Shown here piece by piece: positions 23,264 to 35,736 of a stretch of DNA of 64,000 nt. Made by a program: the position numbers and the translations under genes. The notes under the pieces are model-generated. The model was not told the DNA's origin. It made no database searches and was given only the letters and a program-made list of their open reading frames with translations. Source of the stretch: Laetmonice hystrix (Eukaryota); NCBI GenBank assembly GCA_965235115.1, contig OZ249436.1, positions 48,486,001 to 48,550,000 on the forward strand, read 5' to 3'. How positions within the stretch are numbered: the stretch's first letter is position 1; the number at the start of each line of letters is the position of its first letter.

Positions 23264-23792
23264 CGTAGTTAATGGTTTAGTTTAAAAAAGGACTTAAGTT
23301 TTTTCAACAAACTACGCTGCGTAGTCTATCGAACGTTTTGAAATGAACACTACAGAAACAACTTTCTTTTTTTTTTTTTTTTTTTTTTTGGGGGGGGGGG
23401 GGTATTTTTTGAAGTGAGAGTTTGATCTGATAAGTGGCAACATTGAGTTCTCTCTAGCCTACTATATAACGCAGCTGCGTTATTAACGCAGACGCGCAAA
23501 CAGCGGCATTTGATCAGGTTAATGTGTTGCATAAGTAATAACGCGACGCACTATGCGTTCATAGCGCGCGTTGGCTGGCTCTAAAATCATTTACTATATT
23601 AGCGCGCACCTATAAGGGTCTGCGCAAAGATTTCTTGGCGACCATGAATTCACTAAATATGAAGCTTAAAAGTCTCTCAAAATGGCTACTCATAATCAGT
23701 AATCGTTTAATAATCATTGAAGAGGTCTTGTCGATATTTAATTTGAAAACTTTTCACAGGAAAAGGATCCTGAAACGCCCCAGCATTCCAAC

Positions 23793-23942
23793 ATGGCCGT
23801 GCATGAGCATCATGTTTTCCGTCGCATGAAAGTATACCGAACGCGCGTAAACCCCTTGGCAGAGTACTCCCCTAGGCCGGTCATCTCACGATACAGACTG
23901 GACCATGAAACCGTGGAAGAGTTGGCAGCAGCTTTTGTATAA
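23793..23942 (+). pseudogene. N-terminal fragment of a Harbinger/HARBI1-type transposase
   Basis: 49-aa frame below the ORF-track cutoff: MAVHEHHVFRRMKVYRTRVNPLAEYSPRPVISRYRLDHETVEELAAAFV*. It resembles the R..R.(F/Y)R.R.NPL..(Y/L)S....I.RYR(L/F) start of Harbinger transposases. Confidence 0.6.
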
Positions 23943-24437
23943 GTGCCTTACACAATAAACCAAGGCGCGGACCCAGGAAGTTTAGCGAAATTAGAATGAG
24001 AAATGAGAAAGTTTATAGCACTTACAAGAATAGACTGCGAACTTTTCTGTAAGATTTTTTTTTCATAAAAGGCGCATAATATTTCAAGACCGAGTGTTCC
24101 TAATACTCTCATATTTTAATATACTGGTGTTCCTATGTTTCTAATATTTCGAAAAATAAATTTAAAAAACAAAAAAGAGTAATCAGTCCCAGAAACCCCC
24201 TCTGAGCCCCATTATTGATTAAATGCCTAAATTGCATTAAAGGTGCATGCTAAGAAACACGGTGGAGCCGTTTTTTAGATGGCCAGCAAGGGGACTCCAA
24301 TAACTTCGATTTCTCACGCAAAATGGAACTGATAAGTCTGCCTTTGTTTACCAAGCAATTTTAACAAAGGATCTCTTCATGGAAACAACAAAAGTTCTTT
24401 GAAATACCTATTTTTAATATCCACAAACGATCGTTAA

Positions 24438-24900
24438 AGGTACATCGTACGTAACTTCGAAAATAAAACACTTACCTGTCACCGATAGCAACCTATTGAC
24501 ATATATGTGAAGACACATTGTTGCTGCAGTACTGCAGTATAATGATCTTTGTTAACTAGGATTCGGGCCGAAGCTATAACATGATAATAGCAGGAGTTTG
24601 AATTTGCCTCTGCTCTCCGAAAGGGGCGCTGCAAATGACGTTAGCATGGAATCCCATGCTAACTTCTGGTATCGCTCCATCATATTTGATCATCAGCTTT
24701 GCCTCTGAGGAAACGGACTTGTTTTAAGCGACGAAAGTCGATGTATGCAGCAGAATCAGCTAAAAAGCTGAGAAAGAAGAAGTTGGACAGAAGACGCGAC
24801 AGTGCCCGTATGTCGGCACTGAAATGGATTGGTGGATTACCCTGGAACCCCACGCTCCGATCAGCGTCAACTTAGAGGCGGTTCTTCAACTTTTCAGCGT
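24438..24900 (+). mobile_element. Kolobok-like (TTAA) element end, copy 1
   Basis: TTAA|AGGTACATCGTACGTAACTTCGAAAATAAAACACTTACCTGTCACC... is colinear with 49706-50203. Confidence 0.75.
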
Positions 24901-26424
24901 GTGAAAAACGAGCTTGGGTGCTGGACAGGCGCATATCAGGGAGTTCCCCATCCGGTAACCCGGCTGTAGCTGTCTGTGGACACTGACCCGGGGACATCGT
25001 GTTGCCACATCTCGTATATGGGTCACACGAGGTGGGAGGCTGCTCACAGAGTGTAGTGGGACCGCGATCGAGCGCTTGTCCTGATTGGTCGCAAGAGCCT
25101 GGGACAGGTCACGCATGGGACATAAAGTCATGTAATCGACATGGGTCGAGATAACCATGGTCCGAGGTCACCATGGGCCGAGTTCACCAGTAACCATTAT
25201 TGTACATAGTGTCGGTGAAGATTGTTGACCAACACAATGATGGGGAATGGGGTAGGCTCTAGCGACGCCATTTTCATTAGGTCTCAGAGCAGTGACTGCA
25301 GAAAGATGGAGGCAGTAGGCATACGGTCAACTGTCAGTTTCTATCAGGGATTACTTTTAGCACACAGACTTTGTGGGAATTAGATGGTGGCAGGTAAAAG
25401 GCACTATACCATGGTTATCCATGGGCCCTATCGCTAGTGGCGGTTGCGGATCGCTTTAGAAGGGCGCGCCAGTGTTGGTCTATCTGGCCAGTGTATCTTA
25501 TGATTCCCCCACGGATGCATCGTGAAATTGCTTACTCCCCTTCACCATTGGCGGATCCGGGGGGGGGGGGGGGGCGGGGGGCCTTGCCCCTCCCCCCAGC
25601 CCGAGTTATTATTTTTTTTTGTTTTCTGTTAATTTGAGGACCTTGCCCCCGCTGGGAAAATAACTTTTCCCACCCCAGGTGAGATCGATTCGTCGGAGGT
25701 GCGGAAGGACAATTTATGCAAGAATTAAAATACTTTCACAGAAATATATCTTTCATCAAGGCTGAAAACGGACAAGACGATCTCGTGACTCATACATTTA
25801 AATGTCCCATGCATTAATCAGGCTGCCTTAGTCAGATTTCTCCAAATTATCCAGTGGTGTACTGTCGCAAGTGTCCTTGCTTCACAGACCCCCAATTGAC
25901 TCCAAACAATCAGAATTCCCAAACACCAATGAAATTAGTAAAATATCAGGTGATTTTTTCTTCCCGACTATAAAAAGGCGACATTTTGCCGGATCGTTAC
26001 AACGGCAAGACCTCAGGATGGAACCAATCAACGATGATGTCACAGATGAGGAGAGAAGGATTAACCCCCCCCCCCCACCCTCCCCATCCAAGATTTTGCA
26101 TGTCCGAGGCATTTCCCCAGAAATTCCAGCCATCCTTGGGATCTAGCAAGTAAGGTCGGGGCCTCCAAAGCCCAAATGTGGTTACTTAATATTGTGTTGC
26201 ACCAAAAAGTGTATAAACTGTCTCCTAACAGGGGTGTATAACTCCTATGTCCTCCTGTAAGTCCCTTACACCGGATACAGTGTAATTTTTGTTATTATGT
26301 TACCGAAAGCAAAACACATTATGTAGAGAGGGTGTTTGAAAGCGACAAGTTGACGCAACCCATACCTCATGTAACAAAACCTAATTATTGACCTATACCT
26401 GCATGAACAGGTGTAGTAGAATTA

Positions 26425-26682
26425 CATACCTGCCAACCCTTCCGCATTCTGCGGAATCTTTCCGCATTTGAATGAGGTATTCCGCATTCCGCATTACTCT
26501 CTAAATATTACAGAATCATAAAATTTACAGAATAAGTATAAATTCCCTCCAAATACATGTTAAATCTCTCACTCATGGCAGAGTTTCACTGGCAAAAGGA
26601 TCATTTATGGTCCCTGCCATATAACTAGTTCTTTAGACTAAGTTTAGTAAATCAGAGTTGTGCTTTCTGTCAGTAATGGAGA

Positions 26683-26767
<85 letters not shown>

Positions 26768-26881
26768 GGACAGACAGACAGACGGACAGACAGACAGAGA
26801 CAGATACAGATACAGAGATCCGTGCTGATTCTGTCTCCCTCCCTCCCCCTCCCTCCCTCCCTCCCTCTCTATGAATGCCCC

Positions 26882-26936
<55 letters not shown>

Positions 26937-27029
26937 TGGATAAAAGAAAGGGGTCCCATATAAGTTAATTAGAGAGAATATCAAAAGTCAATTTGGGATG
27001 ATTCCGTCAACCAAATGTTGGCAGGTATG
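26425..27029. mobile_element. hAT-like MITE with a 13-bp TIR
   Basis: Perfect TIR CATACCTGCCAAC / GTTGGCAGGTATG, flanks GAATTA / GAATTG, TTCCGCA subterminal repeats. Confidence 0.8.
26686..26883 (-). repeat. Compound microsatellite module, inverted copy 2, embedded in (GA)n
   Basis: Reverse complement of 23038-23260, including the unique spacer GATCCGTGCTGATTCTGT and the end CTCTATGAATGCCCCTG. Confidence 0.9.
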
Positions 27030-27219
27030 GAATTGTATGATGTGGAAAGCGCCCGTTTATGATGTAACAGTAATTGAGTAATTGATGTTTTACTATAGCC
27101 TTGGATGTGGGGCCCGGTATATCTTGTGTATGGGCCTGCAGGATGGCCTGGATATGTGGCCTGCTCAAGATGTCTTGGGTATGGGCCCCAAGGATAGCCG
27201 GTCTGCTTTGACCTTTGAG

Positions 27220-27257
27220 GCATCTCTAGTGGTGACTCAAGGCACCACTAGAGATGC
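27220..27257. repeat. Perfect hairpin, 15-bp stem and 8-nt loop
   Basis: GCATCTCTAGTGGTG-ACTCAAGG-CACCACTAGAGATGC. Confidence 0.85.
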
Positions 27258-27635
27258 GTTGAGTTTGGGCTGCCAAGATGATCTGGGTATAAAACCTCTA
27301 GATGGCCGGTTTCGAGGCCATGATGACAATTGGTGTGGATGGCCAATTAAGATGACCTTGGTAGGTCTAGTGAGTTCTAGGGCATCCTTGATGGCATTAA
27401 ATGTACACCTAACGACGTGAACTGGGATGATCAAAGTCTATTAAGGAGGATGGTCATTATGATTCTATGGTTAGGCCTTTACACGGGTAATAAATCTCCG
27501 AGGTATCACTTTCAATGGTCTCATTACTTGCCAGCTTAATTGGTCCTCATTTGCCGAGTTTTGCAGTGAATACAGCCCTGGGGCGCAAGTTATGGTTGTG
27601 AGTATCGTATAATATAAGTGATCCCATGTCTGATT

Positions 27636-27729
27636 ATAACTTAATACGGAAATATACCTTTAGGCCCGGTGTGCATTCGGCCTTCGGCCCCACGGACCTG
27701 AAGGAAGGTTTGTTTTCGTATTACGTTAT
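27636..27729 (-). mobile_element. Small palindromic element with a GCCGAAGGC apex on the minus strand
   Basis: ATAACTTAATACGGAAA pairs with TTTCGTATTACGTTAT. GGCCTTCGGCC sits at the centre. Confidence 0.55.
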
Positions 27730-28679
27730 CGCACAGAGGGGGTGACGAGTTTATTATTTGGTTCACTCATTAAAACGGTACCTGTTACGAACGTATACGA
27801 CTGCGTTCAGACAATGATAGGACATTCCAGATCTTTGAGGATAGTAATCCGACTTTTTCACTTTTCGTGTCATAGTGCTGTCTGATCTCAAACGGGAGCC
27901 ATAATCGACACAGTGTGAACGCCGCATTCGTACAGACCGCACTGTCGGTGCCCGCAACAAAGGGACTTTCTGGGTGAGCCTCATACTCACTTTCACCTGT
28001 TCTGGGAACCTAGCTTTGAAGGTTGTCATCCTCATTATTGATCTTTTCCCACGTCGTGTTGTAGGACTGACAGAATGGAAGTGGGTAAATCCCAATAAAC
28101 AATATTTTTTCAATCGATAAACAGTAGTTTTCGATCGAAAAACAGTTTTTTCAACAAAGACTCGACTGAACGACAAAGTTTTGGGCGAGTTTTGTTTTTC
28201 TGTCAAAACGTTATAATCTACCGATATACAAGGTTTCAGTCGAGAAACAGTGTTTATCAATGAGAAACACAAATTCTGATATCAAGCGATAGACACGCCC
28301 GAGATCTACAGTCGGTCATTAACCGGAGTTTTGAATTGTAACATTTAATTCATCCCAGTCGGGGGCCCAGGGACCGAGCAGACACCGACAAGTCCCAGCA
28401 GGGGGAAGCCCAGCAAGTATAGGCCTACCCCAGACGTCGTTGTTTCCGAGCATTCTCACCGCCCGTGGTGCCGCTATACCAACACTGATTTCAAGGTAAT
28501 CATTGATCTGCTTGAGTCAGGCTGGAGTCTTGGAGCGGGAATGGGAGGTGTGTGTGTGTGTGAGGGGGGGGGGGGGCTGCCGTTCACAAGTTGTTGGTAT
28601 TGATTAATCGGGTGGTAGTGGCTCCGCTATTGTGATTAGGCCTACAGCGAATGGATTTCATGGTAGCTGACCCGACGGT

Positions 28680-28781
28680 GGCGCCACGCTGCGGCTGATT
28701 GCGAGAGGCGCGCGCACGTTCCATCAGCCTGAAGCAGCATCAGTAGCCACTGCCAGAGCCAGCAGAGCGACACAGGTAAAT
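28680..28781 (+). promoter_or_regulatory. Candidate promoter and short first exon, possibly of the NCKX gene
   Basis: CpG-rich patch (GGCGCGCGCACG), initiator-like TCAGT at 28740, donor CAG|GTAAAT at 28775/28776. Motif-level evidence only. Confidence 0.3.
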
Positions 28782-29884
28782 GCGGGGTAAACAAGGGCGG
28801 AATGTGCGCCACGGGTCAAGGCTCAGTCAGGATACAGACGTCTTTACCATACATCACGGATTGTATCAAACCACCCTTACAGGGCCCAGGGAATAACGTA
28901 GGTTAGAAACAGAATCACTTGCTAAGAACGGCAGGCGACGGTTTGAGAGCAGTACCGGCAAGTGGAACTACTGCCGTCCGTGTGTGGTAGCATAGAACTG
29001 GACACTGCCGTGTAGGGGACGTAACACAATGCCGCTATGCCATCATTGACTGCCAACGTACACCGCCACTGCCGACACCTCCGCCTCCTTCTGTTCCCAG
29101 ATAACGGTCTCAGCCAGCAGGTGACCCTGGCGCTCCAAACCACCCACCTGTCATCGGAGGGAAGCATCCAAACCCCATCGTCCGACCCTGCTGATGGAAG
29201 ATTTTTACCCGCTATATTAACGACATCTTACATCAGTATGGGTTAAACGCCCGACCACAAACTGGCCAGGACTAAGTAAGTCATATTATTTTACAAAATC
29301 TCCATTCCAAGCCGTGTTTCAACAGAGACTTGACTATGAAGGGCGCCCCTGATATAACGAGGCTTTAAGCTAAAACTACGTTGTAGGTTCAAAAAGGTGA
29401 TTAACGGTGCACATTGGAATATCTTTGGAAATGTTAATTAAAGTCGAGACTGCCGTTAAAAGGTCCCCATGTATTCCAAAACATCCAAATAATTACCGAT
29501 ATTGCAATACTTATGGACATTGAGTGCATCTGGTCCAATAACAATCAACAGGAAAACTAATAAATAAAGCACGGCTGAAGCTCCTGTCCACTTTCCTTGC
29601 CCGTAGAGTAGGCAATACTTCCTCGACCGTTACTGAGCAGGGCACGAGGGCAGTGTTGATGTTGCTGAATGGTCTGGTTGAAACCAGTGCCTAGGTCCCT
29701 GCAGGGATAACGCGGGGTTGTGTTAACATCTGGCCCTATAGTACCATCTACAAATACAGACCTAAGGAAGGTAATATGCTTCAGCTTTTTACGGCGAAAA
29801 CGGAAAGATCTTGTTGTTACCATAGAAACAGATGTGTATCTTGTTGTTTAGTGTTAACATCTAAAGAATGATTAATTATCGTGT

Positions 29885-31262
29885 ATTATATATATAGTAT
29901 TTATTCGTACAAATCATATACAATCATAAGTGTTCATAGTAATTTACATTGCGTAGAGATTAGTGAGTTATTCACAACATAGTTCATTAAGTATCACGGT
30001 AACGTCGTCCTGTTCAAAGCCTGGTAGCTCCAGAACGCCGTCACGAACATCTAACATGTCTGCAATAGCCCTGGCCCTCGCTTCTAACTCCGCCTCTGGG
30101 AGAGAAATGCTTTCTGGTGTCACACACCTTACCCAGTTACGCCCCAAAGCACCCATTGTGCAGGTGCGGGCCCTAGCCCCAATGTGTTGTACATGGTGAT
30201 TCTTCGATTGTTGAAAGCAGCGTAGAAATTTTGTCACCCGCGCCCTATGTTGATCTGTAAAAGATCTCCCATTGACAATCAAGGGGATCAGACACATGTG
30301 CGAGTGGTGTACGGAATATTCAAAGTCCGTCTAACAGCCTTGTTCCACTCAGTGTTCATCTGGCGTGCAGCTCCGCCACCAAGATCCCAAGTTTGTGCCC
30401 CATACCATGAACAGCAGTAAGTCTGCATCAGCCGACCTTTCACATTACTAGACACTGCAGACAGCCTGCCATTCATCGCATTGACTTGGGACACGAAAAT
30501 ACCCTTTTTAACTTTAATATCGTTGGTGTCATTTAGATCACATGTAATAACGTTGCCAAGGTGTTTAACATGCTTCTTCCAAGTAACAGGTGATCCTTGT
30601 AATGTAACATTACGTCCGGGCGGCTTTCCATTACCTCCGACCCGCATACACATAGTTTTCTTAACATTGAAAAGCACATTAAATTCCTTAGCAAAGTTTT
30701 CACAAATACATAACAGTTGTTGAAGTGCCTGTACGGATGGAGTGAGCATGCCAACATCGTCAGCATATCCCAGTCCAGCGTAAGATAAGTGACCAACATG
30801 GCAACCTAACCCAGATTGGTTTATACGGTTGAGCAGTTCATCAATATAAATACAAAACAAAATGGGTGAGAGAATGCCGCCTTGTTCCACGCCATTCTCA
30901 GTGTGGAACGGTTGAGATCTGCTACTATTCCATTTAGTGACCATGCGCTGCCTAGTGTACATGTCGAGGAGCAACCGTGACACCATTGCAGGCAATTTTC
31001 TTACACGTAACAGATTAAACATTTTGCCGTAGTGAACTCTATCGAAAGCCTTGGAGGCGTCGAGCATACAAACATAAACATCTGTATTTCTTTTCTGGTA
31101 AATACTACATACCTCCTTAAGGATAGACGTGCACATATTTGTAGAGTGTTCGGGCTTGAAGGCAAATTGAAGATCACTGGTAAATAATTTATCCTTATAC
31201 CTATCAATGATTAGTATGTCAATTATTTTGCACAGTGCAGAGCACAGGGCAATACTTGACAC
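29885..31262 (-). mobile_element. 5'-truncated non-LTR retrotransposon, RT domain plus C-terminus (RTE-X-like by appearance)
   Basis: RT motifs QFAFK, LDASKAFDRV, GVEQGGILSPILF.IYID, YADD, KHLG. The frame continues in the 29968-30297 ORF after a 2-nt frameshift near 30295. AATAAA lies on the minus strand near 29900. Confidence 0.93.
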
Positions 31263-31344
31263 GCAGTAAGGGCCTTCGAGGCGCGGATAACAAGTGCGGT
31301 ATCTTTAGAGCCTCACGTGCTCACATAGTGCCTATATACCCCGA

Positions 31345-32291
31345 CCACCCAGTGCCTACTCTAACACCACCCACAGTGCCTTCCCACTCAACCCACTTTA
31401 ACACCACCCACAGTACCTTCCCACCCACCCAGTGCCTACTCTAACACCACCCACAGTACCTTCCCACCCACCCAGTGCCTACTCTAACACCACCCACAGT
31501 ACCATCCCACTCCACCCACTCTAACACCACCCACAGTACCATCCCACTCCACCCACTCTAACACCACCCACAGTACCATCCCACTCCACCCACTCTAACA
31601 CCACCCACAGTGCCTTCCCACTCCACCCACTTTAACACCACCCACAGTACCATCCCACTCCACCCACTCTAACACCACCCACAGTGCCTTCCCACTCCAC
31701 CCACTTTAACACCACCCACAGTACCATCCCACTCCACCCACTCTAACACCACCCACAGTACTATCCCACTCCACCCACTCTAACACCACCCACAGTACCA
31801 TCCCACTCCACCCACTCTAACACCACCCACAGTGCCTTCCCACTCCACCCACTCTAACACCACCCACAGTACTATCCCACTCCACCCACTCTAACACCAC
31901 CCACAGTACCATCCCACTCCACCCACTCTAACACCACCCACAGTACCATCCCACTCCACCCACTCTAACACCACCCACAGTGCCTTCCCACTCCACCCAC
32001 TCTAACACCACCCACAGTGCCTTCCCACTCCACCCACTCTAACACCACCCACAGTACCATCCCACTCCACCCACTCTAACACCCCCACAGTACCATCCCA
32101 CTCCACCCACTCTAACACCCCCACAGTACCATCCCACTCCACCCACTCTAACACCACCCACAGTACCATCCCACTCCACCCACTCTAACACCACCCACAG
32201 TACCATCCCACCCACAAAGTGCCTAATCTAACACCACCCACAGTGCCTTCCCACCCACCAAGTGCCTACTTATAACACCACCCACAGTACC
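31345..32291. repeat. C-rich minisatellite, 37-bp unit (41-bp variants at the ends) x ~25
   Basis: Unit CTCTAACACCACCCACAGTACCATCCCACTCCACCCA. Confidence 0.95.
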
Positions 32292-32984
32292 TCGTTTGGT
32301 AAAAATGTTTCCTCCTGGGACTGTTTTACGGCGCTAATTCTATTTACTGCTCAAATACATCATAAGTGCTTAGGACGTGGTCAAGGTAGTTCCTATTCTA
32401 CTCGTTCTATTATATTCGTTTATTTAACCGAAAAATGATTAATCGTGGTTATAAATGTCTTGTCTACATTTATTACCCAAGAATTGGCACCCTTCTTGAG
32501 AAGGAACTGACGAAGAATGCTGATATTGTGGGAACAGGACGATGGGATATTTATTGGCGGTTACAGAATGATTTATACATGCTAATGTTTGTAAGAATAA
32601 TCACTGTGTTAGCTGACGAGCGTGCCAAGAGACTTTGAGGGATCATATTCGATTTCACCTGAGTTATCACTATGGTCGGGCTGCCTGCATTGGCTGAGCC
32701 AAGGGCGAAGACTGGTCGAATCAAGGGCGACGAGCACATGAGGCCAGAGCCAATCAATATCTCAGATTTACATATCCGGGATGTATGCCGCAGTATGGCC
32801 TTGTTACCATAGTGATAACGACAAAACAAACGATGACTTCACTTTGAGCCAACTGGATTTAAACGAGAGGACCAAAATGACGTCATTTTGGGAGATTTTA
32901 CGCTGTGAAAGATTTGGACTTCGTCTTTGCCACTTTATAGACTAATCAGTACATTTGGCAGAGAGTACATCAATTGCGGAAGGA

Positions 32985-34065
32985 GACAGGTGGGTAGAGG
33001 AAGGGGAGGAGGGAGGAGAAAGATTAGGAGGGAGATAAAATACAGAGAGGAAGGGAGAGGAAGAGAGGAGGGAAAGAAGGACTGAAAGAGAGAGACAGAG
33101 ACACAGAGAGACAGAGAGAGACAGAGAGAGGTAAACAGTGAGAGCGACGGAGACAGAGAGGGACAGAGAGATGCGGATACAGAGAGGGACACAGAGTCAG
33201 AGAGAGTCAGAGAGAGGTAGACATAGAGAGAGACGGAGACAGAGAGGGACAGAGAGACAGAGAGTCAGAGAGAGGTAGAAATAGAGATCGACAGAGAGAG
33301 ACGGATACAGAGAGGGACAGAGAGAGGTAGACATAGAGAGGGACATAGAGAGACGGAGACAGAAAGGGACAGAGAGACAGGGAGAGGTAGACATAGAGAG
33401 GGACAGAGAGAGACGGAGACAGAGAGGGACAGAGAGAGGCGGAGACAGAGAGGGACAGAGAGTCAGAGAGAGTCACAGAGAGGTAGACATAGAGAGGGAC
33501 AGAGAGAGACGGAGACACAGAGGGACAGAGAGTCAGAGAGAGGTAGACAGACAGAGGGACAGAGAGAGACGGAGACAGAGAGGGGCAGAGAGACAGAGTC
33601 AGGGAGACGTAGACAGACAGAGGGACAGAGAGAGAGAGGGACGGAGACAGAGAGGGACAGAGAGACAGAGACAGTCAGAAAGAGGTAGACAGACAGGGAC
33701 AGAGAGAGACGGAGACAGAGAGACAGAGAGTCAGGGAGAGGTAGACATAGAGAGGGACAGAGAGAGAGACAGACGGAGACAGAGAGGGACAGAGAGACAG
33801 AGTGAGGGAGAGGTAGACATAGAGAGGGACAGAGAGAGGCGGAGACAGAGAGGGTCAGAGAGACAGAGTCAGGGAGAGGTAGACATAGAGAGGGACAGAG
33901 AGAGACGGAGACAGAGAGGGTCAGAGAGACAGAGTCAGGGAGAGGTAGACATAGAGAGGGACAGAGAGAGACAGACGGAGACAGAGAGGGACAGAGAGAC
34001 AGAGCGGAGAGAGGACGGGGTAGTAGGGAAGCAGACAGGACGGCAGAAGGGACGGAGGAAGGAAG
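32985..34065. repeat. Purine-rich (GA/GACA) compound satellite, ~1.1 kb
   Basis: Recurrent AGAGAGGGACAGAGAGAGACGGAGAC and GAGAGGTAGACAT blocks, with very few T on the + strand. Confidence 0.9.
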
Positions 34066-35736
34066 TGTGTTAAGTGCGTGTCAGGACCCACAGGTGATCA
34101 CCAAACAGGCGATGAAACATTGATGTCACACATTAATGGCTCGTACCAAGTGATTGAATTTCTAAATAGCATGTGACGTTAAAGATTGGAATGCCTAAAT
34201 ATTGCTATCCTGAATAGTAACGTCTTCGGTTGAGAGATAGTGAAAACCGCAGAAGTATACTACCTAAAAATATATTTACAACTATTTCTGTAGAAAGTTA
34301 CGAGCGGGATATTTGTACCGATAGAATCAATTCCATTTGTCAGAGCATTTGTTAGGCAGTTGATCTCGACTCCCCATGCCTCACACGTTCTCATTGAAGC
34401 AGACAATTGATCTCGTCGGGCAGCTGACCGAACTTTTAACCTGAACCAAATTCTAATTTCTATATACTACTAACAGGTAGACATTAGCTGACGACTATCG
34501 GAGCCGAAATTAAACCAGTGCACGACTGGGGCTCTCCTGAACGGAAATCGGTCGACATGTTATCTTTTAGATTAAGGATTTATAAAAAAGGAAGGCTGTT
34601 TGGAACTCCGGGTAAACAAGGGTGTTCTCGAGTAAACAGTCCTTAATGTGTGCGAGGCACGAACATGGTACTTTTGTTTAAAACAAACCCGCGTGTATAT
34701 TCTACATGCGCCAGACACGCCGTTATGCAGCAGAATATCACGGCATTTTTCACGGTATGTTCTTCTTGAGTTGTTCATACTTTATACATATTCAAAATGC
34801 TAACAGGAAGGAGAATGGACTCTGCTAATACGGTCGATAGTCAGTTATTCAGTTCTATAATCGGAGTGGGTGTGTGTGTGTGTGGGGGGGGGGGTGAAGA
34901 AATGTTACGTATTGAATCTGGGCTAGCTCCCGTGATAATCATTGGCACAGGTATAGGCATAAAAACCTTGGCAGCGTTGGCATATAGGCTGGTCGAGGGA
35001 CAGCGCGCCAAGAGTCTATAGGATGCCCCCCCCCCTCCGCGTTCGGCCCTCCGCCCACTACCGTCTCGGCGCCAACGGGTTCGGTTTGTCGCAGCTATAG
35101 GCGGCCAACTGGTTAAAGCCAGTCAAGTTAAACGGACTGCGACGTGTAAAGGTGATGATGCATAATCGAACATGCACCTGCTGTGTTAGATAATGTAGTT
35201 TTCTTTAAAAATGACTCTAAATTGCTCTCAAGGGCCCGACACGATCTTTTAACCGACAGCCATGTGAGTCTGGCATGGGCAACGGGCCACGGGAACAGAG
35301 CAAGTTCTACCTTTAATTTAGAAATCGCAAGAACATTGATTAGAAAATCGCTTACGTGTATCGGGCACTTTATATATAATCTATGCCCCCTGCTCCGAAC
35401 GGTTGGTCGGTGGTCGTTTTCCATCATACACTCGTCATTCCTCAGTGCAGGGGATCGAGTATCGATCTGTACGGTATGGTCAGAGTTTATGTACAGAGAG
35501 GTAAAATAAGATTCACAAGTACTTCTAAATACGGCAATGGCCAGACACGGAGGGAGGAAATGCTTTTAATACACAAATTGTTAAGAAAGTGAAAGAAGAA
35601 GAACAAGAAGAATCACATTCGTCACTCTTCTTATTTTAATGACAAGGCATTTTATCAGTATTAATTGAATGCTGATTTAAAATAAATGTTTTGAAAATCT
35701 GCTTTACACATTAAAAACAAGCAAGGATACACATGT

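Noticed and set aside
23038..26883. Single 3.8-kb foldback transposon using the microsatellite modules as TIRs
   Set aside because: There is no TSD, and the right copy lies inside a separate MITE whose ends straddle the proposed boundary.
27763..28272. 169-aa ORF
   Set aside because: It spans subterminal-repeat-like DNA and has no recognisable domain. At most a decayed LINE tail.
22950..33518. Ser/Leu- or Glu/Arg-rich ORFs over (CT)n/(GA)n tracts
   Set aside because: These are microsatellite translations.
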